Assembly (NCBI GenBank): GCA_010405405.1
Contig: MU004235.1
Location: 324,538 to 388,537 of the forward strand
DNA: 64,000 bases
Direction of reading: 5' to 3'
Source: Microthyrium microscopicum
Lineage: Eukaryota
In this document: positions 36,888-48,585 of the stretch, piece after piece
How positions within the stretch are numbered: position 1 is the first letter of the stretch
How the letters are laid out: every line of letters begins with the position of its first letter
Program-made: the position numbers and the translations under genes
Notes under the pieces: generated by a model
Seen by the model: the letters and a program-made list of their open reading frames with translations, nothing else
Told to the model about the DNA's origin: nothing
The model's database searches: none

Positions 36888-38974
36888 TTAGATTGATTGA
36901 GGATTGGCGAAAATGTTATTAGGATCGTACTTGGTCTTCAGTGTCTTCAGTTGAGAATACACTGCAGAACCGTAGTACAAATCGTGTGCTTGCTGGGCCG
37001 TGAGAGTTGGATCAACATAGTTGAGATACGCGCCAGTATTGGCCTGGACGCTGCTGAGCGCTGTGTTCATTCCGTCGATGTAGTTGATGCCTGCGGCCGG
37101 ATATGTGACACTTGCGTCTACGAAACCGTAGTGCTGGAATACCCAAAGCGAATTGCGGTCAGAGTACGAAGAAAAGGTCGTGTCTTTCGTGTTGATGGCA
37201 GAGCCCGGTCCACCATAGACATTGGCGATGGCAAACCAGGATACGGCTTTGGGAGTGTTGGCGATATAGTTGAAATAGCTCGTAAGACCAGCGGAAGTCA
37301 GCGGGTTGGCTTCAGGGATGGTCACAGATTTGGCGAAGAAATTGTCGTGCTGGTTGTAGCCGTGGACAGGCTCACTGAGCGTACCTTCACCACCGAGGGC
37401 GGTAAGAGAGTCGATCCAGGAAAGTTGCTTTATGTTGCTGCCGGACGGTGTAGGAAGCCCACGAAGCAGTTCTGCAGCAATCTTGTTTGTGAAGGTGTTG
37501 AGGTCGCCAAAGTACGTACCGCTGACTGCGACGCTTTGATCGGAAAATGTAATGCCCATGCCGAGCTTGGAGTCGATTACAGTGGCGTTGGTGGCCCAGT
37601 CTTGAATGTGTAGGAATGCACTGACGGCACTGGGAACATTTGAAAGACTGATTGGTAGGTCGTACTCCCAGTTGATGACTTGTGCTGGTGCTGCGACTGT
37701 CTGAAGGTAAAAGTTGACGACGATGCCAAAGGAATCTGCGGCACCACGTAGCGCCCAGTAGATATCCGAGTTGGATGTGCTAGTTGCGTGGACAAAGCTA
37801 CCATCAGCCAATACCACGTCAAGCGCTATAATGGTATCAAGAGCAAGACCCCAAGCGCGAGAAGATAAACCGAATCCTCCATGGGTGAAATGTCCACCAA
37901 TGCCGACACCAGGGCAAGTTCCATGTGGAAGAGCGCGTTGAGCCTGGTTGTAGATGGCAGTGGCCATATTTCCTAATCGAAGTCCAGCACCAACGGTAGC
38001 AACACCATTGGAATCGACACTAACGTTTTGCAAGTTTTCAAGATCTACCATCATGATTCCATTAACGCCACCAGTACTGAAGCTGGCATAAGAGTGGCCT
38101 CCACTTTTAGCCTGAACTTTGACATTGAATGAACCGGCACAAACAACTGCGTCCTGGATATGTTGCTGGGTAGTTGGAAGAACGATCACTGAGGGAGTGT
38201 ACTCTAGTCGCAGGTTGTATGTGGCAGAATATTGGTTGAAGTTAGCATCGGAAGTGAACAGAACCGGGACGTTCTTTGATCCCAGGCAATCCGCCAGAGT
38301 AGATGGAGGAGTCGCAGATGAAGATGGTGACGAAGATCTCGAGGCAGTTGAAGATGGGCTGGAGGATGAAGATGCTTTTGACGAGATGGGTGCTGACGAA
38401 GATCCAGTATTGCTTCCACAGTTCCCGAATACCGACTGACATCCGGTACCACAGTAGTCACTCGTGCTTCCACTGCAAAAGTTAGAAACTGATAATACAG
38501 CAAATCAATAACCGTACCAATAGCCCCATTGAGAGCAGCAGTTTCCTTGACTGTAGCCTATACAAGTCATTCCTTGCGACCCTCCACAAGATCCATCTGT
38601 GCTGGTCTTTGTGGACGGGGGTGGTGAGGCTGAAGGCGCTGGAGACGAAGAAGAGCGCTTTACTATCGATGAGCTGCTAGGAGACCCTGAGCCAGTACAA
38701 GTACCAAAGCTCGACTGGCAACCTGTTGAGCACCAAGCATCGCCATTGCCGCAATAGCCGAATTGACTACAGCACGCTCCAAATGAGCTCCCTGAGCATG
38801 TGTATCCAGTAGCTCCTCTATGTAATGTTAGTACCTTAGCTGCTAAAGAAGAGCGTAAGTGATCACTCACCCACACGATCCATCAGGAGAAGCAGTCCGT
38901 TTCTCCAATGAACCTTTTGGCGCAGCGAAAGACAAGCCCAGAAGAGCAAATGCCACAAACGAAGACTTCCACAT
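36888..38974 (-). CDS. Secreted AA7/BBE-like flavo-oxidase with two N-terminal CBM18 (chitin-binding) modules
   Basis: Signal MWKSSFVAFALLGLSFA; two hevein-type repeats (SPDGSCG..CCSQFGYCG..CSTGCQSSFGTC; STDGSCG..CCSQWGY|C..CGTGCQSVFGNC); KSGGHSY and HGTCPGVGIGGH (bicovalent FAD); AYLNYVD; LKTKYDP.NIF. Confidence 0.92.
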
Positions 38975-39933
38975 CGTGGATAACTGTTGTTAGTGAAAGA
39001 TGTATGTATTCAAAATGGACAAAGTATAATAGAGTAAGATAAGAGGATGAACTGAACGAATGGTACTTCAGAGGGGATGGGATGAGTTCAATCAATTCAT
39101 CAGGGATATCAATCGATATTTGTATGGCGACCGCTAGCCTGGAAAGTAACACAATGCATTTTCAAACTTTTTTTTAAGGCTGAGGAGGCGGAGTTTGGGA
39201 GCGAACTCGCGAAGTTACATTCCGGCCTTGTGGCGTACCAAGCTTTACCAAGCTCACAACGTCTTCGATGGCGTATTGCTATGCTTGGCTGGCCGAGGCT
39301 TTGCTGGGGGCGCAGAAGATTCATTGTTAGGAATAACTATAGTTATTTTCTCTATTCATCCTATAGGAGTCGGTATATGATGATGATTATACGAGAATCC
39401 GCTGTATTCGTTGTGCCGTAGGACTTGAAAGCTCTGCGTTCTTTTTGCGTGACTTTACCAGATACGATGATCAGCAAGGGAAACCTGGAACCTGCAGGCT
39501 GGAGCATCGTGGAAGATTCTTTTGGGACAGAAGCAGTTGAGGTTCTGATCGTGCAGCAAAACGGTTGGTGGAGGCGGTCAAGGCCGTCAGCCTTCTAGCT
39601 CAAAAAGGAATGGTTGGGAATCTCCCCGAACGCCACCAATTGGGATCTTCCAGCTCGGGATATAAATAGTTTTTGGCTAGGGAAGTGCGAGATTCCTTGA
39701 TACCTCATCATCCAATGATGTAGGATTGTAACTCTACGATGCCATCGTGACTGAAAGGACTAGCGAAAGGTTGAACAGGGCTGGGCAGAGTTGTAGTTTG
39801 GTCTTCTACACCATGGGCATCAGCGAGTTTTGAAAGCCACCACATCCAGACACCACCAAATAGAAATAGAAATGAAGAAATTGAGTGACGAGAATGGCGG
39901 ATGGTCCATTCGCATGATGATATTGAGCTCCGC

Positions 39934-41414
39934 CTAAAGCTGGAACTTTGTTCTAATTCTGTCAGTCTTTCCTTTCCACGTCCATTCCTGACCACTAGCT
40001 TTCTGGATAGCTTTGTCTACTCTTCGCAGCTTGAGAGTAAACCGTGGACCAAGTTCTTGCAAACCAGCGCGAATATCTTCAACGCCCTTGATAGGTTTTC
40101 CCTCTGCATCCACTACACTTTTCTCAGTCGCTCGTTTGTCGCGAAACACGTAACGATGCCGGCGAACAAAGATGTAATCGCGCTGGTTGTGCATGGTCAC
40201 AACTTGCCGTCCTTGCAGCTCTGGATGTGCAGGAAACATGGACTGGAATAAAGCGGCGGTGAGTACACCAAGTGGTGTTTTGAAGTTGTGTATTATGAGT
40301 TCTGGGTTGTGGTCTGTCGCATTGCCGTGACCAAGGATTCTGCGTCCGTCTACCCAGTTTGTTATGCTGAAGTGGAACATCGGACCTGCAGGTAGGTGCA
40401 CAACATCGAGCCCGCACGGCCGCTTTTGGTCTTCCATGAGAATTATGAGCGTTGTGAAGTCTCTGTTAGCAGCGAATTTGGATATTTCTCGAACCGAGTA
40501 TTTGTGTCCAAAGCGATGAGCGGTACGCCGAACATATGAGCTACATCTCATTAGCTTCAAGTATGTTAAGTATGTCAGACGATAGCAACTGACCTGTTGG
40601 GAAAGATGGTGGTAAGAATGCGTGCTTGATCATGTAGATTGCTGTTAAGGGATGTCGTAATGAGGACCTTCGGGTCAGCGGTAGGATTGAAGAGTGCTGG
40701 AAACTTTGCTATTAAGCTCTCTGGTGTAAGATCGAGCCTTGTGCTGGTAGTCGACATGGGAATAGACTGTGCAAGGGAAGGAGCAATTGATCCAGTTGGA
40801 CTCTGTTCGCGATTGGCATTCGCTTCTTCTTCTTGGGTTGGTTCAACAAATTCATCGTCAGAAAATGCTTTGATATCGTCTGCTTCATCATCTTGCTCTT
40901 CCGTATCGATTTCTACTGCATGTGGCTTTTTCTTCACCATAGCGGTTTTCTTTCCCACGCCATTAGTTTCTGCCTGCTTCTTGCTTTCCTCTCCTTCCTC
41001 GCCATCCTCCTCTTCAGAGTCCTCCAGCATACTGTCAGCATCACTGAGTCCTTCCCAGCCACTTGTGTCTCCTGCCTCTTCATGATTTGTATCCTCCAGG
41101 GTATCGAATTCGGATAATCGTCGTCGCTTGCTGAACTCTTCCAAATCAATGGCTTGTCCAAGGACTGGGTCCATATCGTCGCCGGCTATATCGTCCCATT
41201 TTCGTTTTGAGTCGATAGTAAATGGTTTGTTTCTGGCTCTTCGTTGTTCTCCAAGTTCAGGGTTCTTGGCTTCTTCTCGTTTGCGCGCAAAACGAGCATC
41301 ACGCTTGATGGTATCTCGTGCTCTTTTCTGATTAATGTGAAAAGTCTTGCGGCGGTCTTTGTTCGCGAATTTGTAGCCAAGTGCAGATTTGGCGGATAGC
41401 TTTGGCGGTGCCAT
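39934..41414 (-). CDS. RPF1: Brix-domain 60S ribosome biogenesis protein (Rpf1-like)
   Basis: PKVLITTS, HLPAGP..HFS, PELI..NF.T.LG, HNQRDYIFVRRHRY, LQELGPRFTLKL; intron ~40545-40591. Confidence 0.88.
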
Positions 41415-41601
41415 GGTGGAGGATATGGCGAGTGGTTGTGAAATTGTACCGTTCTGACAAGAAGTTCAGGATGAGGTCTCAAAAGTTGTTTGGTGGGATA
41501 AAAAATCTAGAGCTCGGATATTTTAGATTTAATGCGCTAAGTCCAACAGCCCTGTCTGATTGGCCAATGCCGTCATACCTCAACCTCATTTGCTCATGTC
41601 T

Positions 41602-41618
41602 TGACTCATCTTTGAGTC
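41602..41618 (+). promoter_or_regulatory. Gcn4/CpcA-type elements (TGACTCA plus TGAGTC) upstream of glycyl-tRNA synthetase
   Basis: TGACTCA at 41602-41608 and TGAGTC at 41613-41618, ~190 bp before ATG 41799. Confidence 0.5.
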
Positions 41619-41798
41619 TACACTGTATATTAACACCCTCGTCAGCTTCAAATCCCAAGTTCCCAATGTAATGACTTCGTCCTTCAACTTTTACGACGAG
41701 CTACGACTTCTCCTGCCCATATAAGATTGCACTACCCTTTCAGTCGCTTGGCTGTCTCGAAGCCTATCAGACTCCGTCAACAGCAGCTTGTCATTTGT

Positions 41799-44070
41799 AT
41801 GAGCTCCATACCAACCACGACTTTCAAACGATTCACGACTTTTCCCTTCTCCTGCGCTGCGCGCATTCCTTCGACCCGGTTTCGAAGATTGCTTCATACT
41901 ACCGCTCCCCTCTCCCGCTTCCAAGTACACGCTCGCCCAAGAACAGAACGCTTTGCCAATACGAACACAATGGCCCCTCCAATGACCACCAAGACGGGCG
42001 AGGCTTTCAACCGCGAGCAGATCGAGTCTCTGTTCAAACGCCGATTCTTCTTTGGCCCCGCATTTGAAATACACGAGCCTGTCAAAGGTCTATTTGACTA
42101 TGGTCCTCCACTCACGGCCATCCAAGCCAACTTTGTCAACCTCTGGCGCAAATTCTTTGTGAATCAAGAAAAGATGCTGGAGGTCGATCCAACCATTCTC
42201 TCCCCCTACAAGGTGTTGAAGACTTCCGGTAGGTTCAATTTTGATGTTTGACATCACTGTTATTGATGTACAGTAGGCCACGTCGACAAGTTTGCCGATT
42301 GGTGCACCAAAGATCCAAAATCCGGCGAAATCTTTCGAGCAGACCATCTTGTCGAGCAAGTACTTGAAAATAGACTCAGAGGCGACGAAGAGGCTCGTGG
42401 CGAAACCGCAGCACCAGTAGAGGCAGATGCAGATGGCAAAAGAAAGAAGAAGCTAAAGACGAAACAGGTTGCGATAAAACTGGACGACGCAGTTCGCGAT
42501 GAGTACAAGTCTATTCTGGCTCAAATAGATAATTATGGTGGCCCAGAACTGGGTCAACTCATGGTAGATCACAAGATCAAGAACCCGGATACCGGTGGTG
42601 ATCTGGAGCCGCCAGTGGAATTCAACCTGATGTTCCAGACTCAGATTGGTCCCGTCGCAGGCTCAATCGCCTATCTACGGCCAGAAACAGCTCAGGGTCA
42701 ATTTCTCAATTTTAATAAATTGCTAGAATACAACAACCAACAGATGCCTTTCGCCAGCGCCAGTATCGGCAAGTCTTTCCGAAACGAAATCTCTCCGCGG
42801 TCTGGTCTACTTCGTGTACGCGAATTTCTCATGGCTGAGATCGAGCACTTTGTAGATCCAGAAGGTGGCAAGAAACACGCCAAATTCTCAAAGGTGGCTC
42901 ACATTGAGCTTGAGCTTTTGAACCGCCAAGTTCAATTAGACGGTAATATAGTTTAGGTCCAACAATTTGGAAAGGTTATACTAACGCTAAATAGGCCGAA
43001 CTGATATCGACCGCAAATCCATTGGCGATGCAGTCAAGGAGGGCATTGTCGACAATGAGACCCTCGGTTACTTCCTCGCTCGTGTTCAAATGTTCATGGA
43101 AACGATTGGTATCGATCAGAAGAAGATTCGATTCAGACAACACATGGCCAACGAAATGGCACATTACGCTACTGATTGTTGGGATTGCGAGCTTCTAACC
43201 AGCTACGGCTGGATCGAATGCGTTGGCTGCGCAGATCGAAGTGCTTACGACTTGACTGTCCACTCCAAAGCCACTAATACAGAGCTTTGCGTCAAAGAAA
43301 AGCTCCCCAAACCTCTCGAGATTGAGGAGTGGGTTGTGGACGTAGATAAGAAGAAATTTGGCCCCAAGTTCAAGAAAGACGCCAAAGCTATTGAAACGGC
43401 ACTGGACTCCCTCTCCCAAGAGCTTAGAGAGAAACTCTCCCTCGACCTCAGCAGCGCTGGCAAAATAAAGGTCGACGTCCCATCAATCGCCGCCGGTTCC
43501 GCCGAAGTCGAAAAAGACCTTGTCAAGATCGAAAAGCGTAAACGAATGCAACACACTCGCGAATATGTACCAAACGTCATCGAACCGTCCTTCGGTATTG
43601 GCCGTATTCTCTACGCTCTTCTCGAGCACTCGTACTGGACTCGTGAAGGCGACGAAGCTCGTGGTGTCATATCACTGCCGACCCTCATCGCACCTACCAA
43701 AGTCCTCGTCTGTCCGCTCTTCAACATGGACGTATTCCGTCCAATCGTCAATGACATTAGCGATCGTTTGGATATCATTGACATCAGCCATCTGGTTGAT
43801 AGCTCCGGTGCCAGTATCGGCAAACGATATAGCCGCAATGATGAATTGGGTACACCATTTGGCATTACGGTCGATTACCAGTCCGTCCAGGACAACACTG
43901 TCACGCTTCGCGAGCGCGATACGACGAAGCAGGTGCGCGCAAGTGTCGACGAGATTATCGACGCGATCAAACTTTTGACTGATGGTAAAGAGAGCTGGGA
44001 GTCCATTTTGAGACGACTGCCCTTGATCGAGAGTAAGGAAGAAAGCCAGGAAGCAAGCCAGGAAGTGTAG
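41799..44070 (+). CDS. GRS1: Glycyl-tRNA synthetase (mitochondrial form from ATG 41799, cytosolic form from ATG 41970)
   Basis: GLFDYGP, VLKTSG|HVDKF, YLRPETAQGQF, FRNEISPRSGLLRVREF, GWIECVGCADRS, VIEPSFGIGRI, RYSRNDELGTPF. Introns ~42228-42275 and ~42942-42994. Confidence 0.96.
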
Positions 44071-44322
44071 AAGACTGCATGCTTGACTATATTAGCTTTG
44101 GAATGCTGTGTGATGCCCTTCGTATAGCGTAGTCTCAAAAAGGACTAAAACGTAGATCTGAAGACAGGCAAAGAGCAAACTGTCATGCTACCACAATGCA
44201 GGCGTCATATAACCATTTTTATCTGTATAAAATGCCGTGAAGCAAAAGCTATATTCATGATGATCACATCTAATATCTCTAGTTCCAGTCGTAAAGAGTC
44301 GTAAGCTAGTATTCATACACAT

Positions 44323-46263
44323 CTATCCCTGTCCTCGCTCATCTGACCAGTCCCAGTATCGACCCCATAACTCATCGACGAAATGTGAATGCCGGACACT
44401 GCAAAAGCGTTAGTATCAAATCTTCGCAGATTTTAGTTAGAACTTACCCAGGCTGCCGATTCGCCGCGAACTCGTCAATGGCATCTTGAAGTGGCCAACC
44501 CAGCCGCTCCACAAGGTACGCAATTAGAAAGAATCCCGTCCGATTGAAACCATAGTGACAATGCACAGCAATATACCGCGGTCCGCGCGCCTCGCCCTCC
44601 GTATCTACTGGCCTCTCTGGACTCTTCAGATCTAGTTCACCGCGTACATGGTCAATCAGGTCCAGGAAACCCCTCACTTCTTCGCGCGACGGCGGCAACT
44701 TCGACACAGTTGGAAATTTAGAGTATCGTATCCCGCCATCCTCCAAACCCTTGGGATCGTAAACGGGCGAGTCGTGGGAGATATCGACTACCGCAACGAT
44801 CGGTCCCTGGCCGTCTGCGCCTGTACCGGGATCCGATGAGGCGGACCAGCGCTGCACGAACCGTAAAGGTGTGTGGTTGCCATCCACTTCACGCAGAGTC
44901 TTCATTGCACGGAAAAGGCCTGCAATGGGTGTGGACACGGGATCAACAGCCTGCCATTTTTTCAAGTTCTTGACGTCCCATTTGCCTTCCGTTGTGAGTT
45001 TTTGCAGCTGCCAGCCGAGAGATAGCCGCTCGGTAACGTTGGTGGCGAGGAAGTTTTGTATGAGGCTGGAGACGGGGCGGACGGTGAGAGGTGAGTAGAG
45101 AAGGGCATGAGATGCAGGCGAAGGGAGGATGACAAGTTTGGAGGGCGCGTGTGTACTGTTTGGTGTTGAGGGTCGCTCTGAGCTAAAGAAGTCGGTAGCA
45201 AGAGGTTTGACTGTGCCTTCGACGTGGTAGTCGTCTGGGTGGCCGGAATGGCCGAGCCAGGAGGCCACGAGGATAGTCTCGTCGGCTGTGGTGACGGGGT
45301 CGTCTTTTCCGCCGATAAGGAGAACAGGTACCTGGATGTTTTCCCAGATTTCGTGGCCAACAAAGGCACTGGCGGCTGCTCTCCCTGATTTCCCATCTTT
45401 GGGAAGAGCGCCGTAGGCCATGCGTCGGAAGACAGGTGTCCTGCTTTGTGTATTGAAGCGTACTTGAAGGCGCTTCAACTGTTCTTCTGCATTGGGTCCT
45501 GTGAATCGGGCCACACTTGGACTTTCTGTGCCTCCTCTTTTATCCCATGTGCGCCACGCATCGAATATAAATCCTGGAATTGACAGAAGTCGCTTGACCA
45601 GCACAACCTGATTCTGGGGCATGGGTTTGGCTGGTGGACACAACGCAACTATTCCCTTGATGCGACTCGAAAGCGCTGAAGCATATGGCGAAGTTGAAGA
45701 GGCAAGCAATGCCCCAAGCGAACAACCCATACTATGACAGACAAGAACCACTTCCTGATTTTCTTCCGCATACTCTTCGATCAAAGTGATCAGGAACTCC
45801 ACCATACTGTTTGTATTATATGCGTCCCAGTAGCTGGGGGCAAACTGCGAAAGCCCGCATCCCGGCAAGTCGATGGCCAGACATGGCGCAAGATTGACCA
45901 GCGACGAGAGCAGAGGGTGGAATTGCGCGACCGATCCTCCAAGGCCGTGTATGAAGACCAATAGAGGCAGCTGGGGAAGCTTCGAAGCCTGCGGGTGGGG
46001 ACAGTGGAAGACGCGAACTTTGGGATAGGTGAATCCAGTGGCCGCAACGACGACCTTTTCGGTATGTGAGTGTTTTTGAAGGAGGGTCGGATCACTTTCG
46101 TCGGGTTCTACGACCTATAAGCACTTGTGTAGTCCAATGTAAGCCTGAACATACCATAGGATCCAGAGGCCGCCTTGAGCCTTACTTTGTTCTTTCTGGA
46201 AGGTCGCAGCAACCTCCAGGCAACGTAGAGACAAGGCGGTGACAGCAACAACAAAGTGAACAT
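44323..46263 (-). CDS. Alpha/beta-hydrolase fused to a DSP/RNA-5'-triphosphatase-like phosphatase domain (start uncertain)
   Basis: VFIHGLGG, DLPGCGLS and CHSMG (nucleophile elbow), followed by KWDVKNLKKW, DISHDSPVY, HCHYGFNRTG (CX5R P-loop) and HFVDEL. Introns ~46184-46116 and ~44447-44399. Confidence 0.85.
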
Positions 46264-47188
46264 GACGGTGGTTCTTGGTGGTAGAGAGGGGCCCATTGCT
46301 GAGGCCAACCGCCTTCACAATGAATCAAGTACTGTTATACTCGCTCCATCCAGGCGTAAATTGGTAGTTGTGTAACTTGGAAAGAAAGCAAATCACAGCC
46401 AATTGACCCGCGGCGTGTTTTTTCGAGTGATGTAACTGAAGCATCGTGACCCTGGACCCATGAGGCTGGTCCACCCTGATAACCCTGGTCGCACGTGCGA
46501 GATGCCGAGTCCCTGTTCTCGGCCCGGTTACTGTCAATTTCATTCTTGCGAATGTTTCCAACATCGTCAACAACCTCCTGAAAGCATCCAATGTCCACCT
46601 TAAGTCTTCTTTCAACCAGTCAATATGCCCAAGCATATCGAAGCTCAACAAAGGTCTCGGCGATGCCATCAGATGGCCTCAAATCAGTGAGCTACGACTG
46701 ACCGGTTTGGCAAAGAGCTTATCGTTGCGAGCTGCATTAGCCTTGACACTGAGAGCTGAATGTCAGTTGCCGGCCTTGTACGGAAGTTATATAAAGTCAA
46801 GAGGAAACTTACAGGCTTCCCCTCTTCAAGAAATCGTAAGATGTATCAATGATGTTGAGCTCAAGATCCCCACAGCGGACAGGTGCCCCGAGCCCTGTCG
46901 ACACGGGGTCCAATTGAAGAGGGATCACGATATTTGAGCCCCAGCTAAACTTTAGCAAGTGGATATATACTCTTTTATGCTCCATTATTGTTCTGGATAC
47001 CTTCAGCAGTGATCTGCCCCATTTGCAGGTCATGCCATTTGTCCGGCAACTCTGAAGCCATCTGTCCGGCATCGCTCGTATAGGTAGGAAACAGTACCAG
47101 TATAAATTGGACCATCAAGTCTTTTGACACAGAAGAAACTTGAAGCAAACATTGAATCTACTGACATTTAACGATCACTGCAGTCAAC

Positions 47189-48055
47189 ATGAGTGTCAAG
47201 CCAACAGCTATCGTCACAGGCTCAGCCAGAGGAATGTAAGCAAACCACAGAAACACTCCTAATTTCTTGTATTTTTCTAATGAATACAGTGGTGAATCAA
47301 TAGTCCGTTATCTGGTAGATGCTGGCTTCGCAGTCTGCATCAACGACATCAGCGCCAACAAATCTCTGATCGACAAGCTAGTAAACGAATTGAATTCTAG
47401 CCATGGCAAGAACACCGCCATTGGGGTAGTCGCAGACGTTACATTGCCAGACGAAGTCAAGCAAATGATCGACCAATCCGTGAAAGCAATAGGCCCATTG
47501 ACGGTCATGATCGCAAATGCTGGAATCGCACATATCGCGGGCTCTCTAGAACTCACCGTTGAGGATGTCAAGAACGTATTCAATGTCAACTTCAACGGCG
47601 TCTTCAATTGTTACACTGCTGCTGCTCGCCAAATGATCGCACAAGGCCCAGTACCTGAAGGGACTCTTGGTTACAGAATCTTGGCTGCCGCATCGATCGC
47701 ATCATTCAAGCCATTCCCAACATTGGGTCATTACTGCGCGACGAAGGCTGCAGTGAGGGCGTTCTCACAGACTTTTGCTATCGAGATGGCTCGTCATAAG
47801 ATCAATGTTAACTGTTACGCGCCTGGAATCGTTGGCACAGCTATGTGGGATCTCATTGATGAGAAACTGGGTCAGATTGAGGGAAGACCTCCAGGAGAGA
47901 CTGTGAAGAAGTATAGCACTGAACTTACTGCTATGGGTAGAGTTTCTGTGCCGGAGGACGTGTCAAAAACAGTCGTTGGATTCCTGTGTAACAAAAGCAG
48001 CGATTTTGTCACTGGGCAGACGATTGTAGTAGACGGCGGCATCGTTTTCAATTAG
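47189..48055 (+). CDS. Classical SDR, acetoin/diacetyl reductase-like
   Basis: AIVTGSARG|IG, ANAGIA, YCATKAAV, VNCYAPGIVGTAMWD, VTGQTIVVDGG; intron ~47236-47289. Confidence 0.9.
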
Positions 48056-48585
48056 AAATATAAGAAAGTTGCATGTCAACCGATGGACAGACTAACTAGC
48101 GTGCCCCTACCGACTTTGATGGCTCCCTCACAAGTCACAACACGCTCTGGGATCGAGTGCGTTCATTACCATCAAGGGCGTTTAGACTGGCACACTTTAA
48201 ACGATGCAATGGAAGTTATAGCACCTTCTATTTAATAACGTTCGTGGGAGCGATGGCAGTCGCTGGGGCACGCGGTCCTATGGAACAAGGAATTCTCGTC
48301 TCTCAATCGCCTTCCGAGAGATCATGCTACGGATTAATAAGGTTCGACCAGAGTTTTCCGCAGGCATTAATCATGAAAACGTATAGCTTGTTTTTGAACC
48401 CTTTCAGACTCAAACATTAGACACCTTGAAGAATGTTGATCTCCAAAATAATTAAAGATTGGAATCTGAAAACCTCACGCCCCAAAAAGGCTTAGCGCCC
48501 ATTTTCTCTGGTAACTTGGATGCGGCTCAACCAAAAGTCATCCAACAACTTTACTCCACAATGTCACCAAAGCAATTTTCATATC

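Noticed and set aside
36897..37613. 238-aa antisense ORF (and similar antisense ORFs over GCN2, Cut12 and POP1)
   Set aside because: Shadow ORFs of well-supported genes on the opposite strand, with no motifs.
46325..46669. Upstream 114-aa ORF as a separate gene or first exon of the hydrolase-phosphatase
   Set aside because: No recognisable motif and no convincing splice path; left unassigned.
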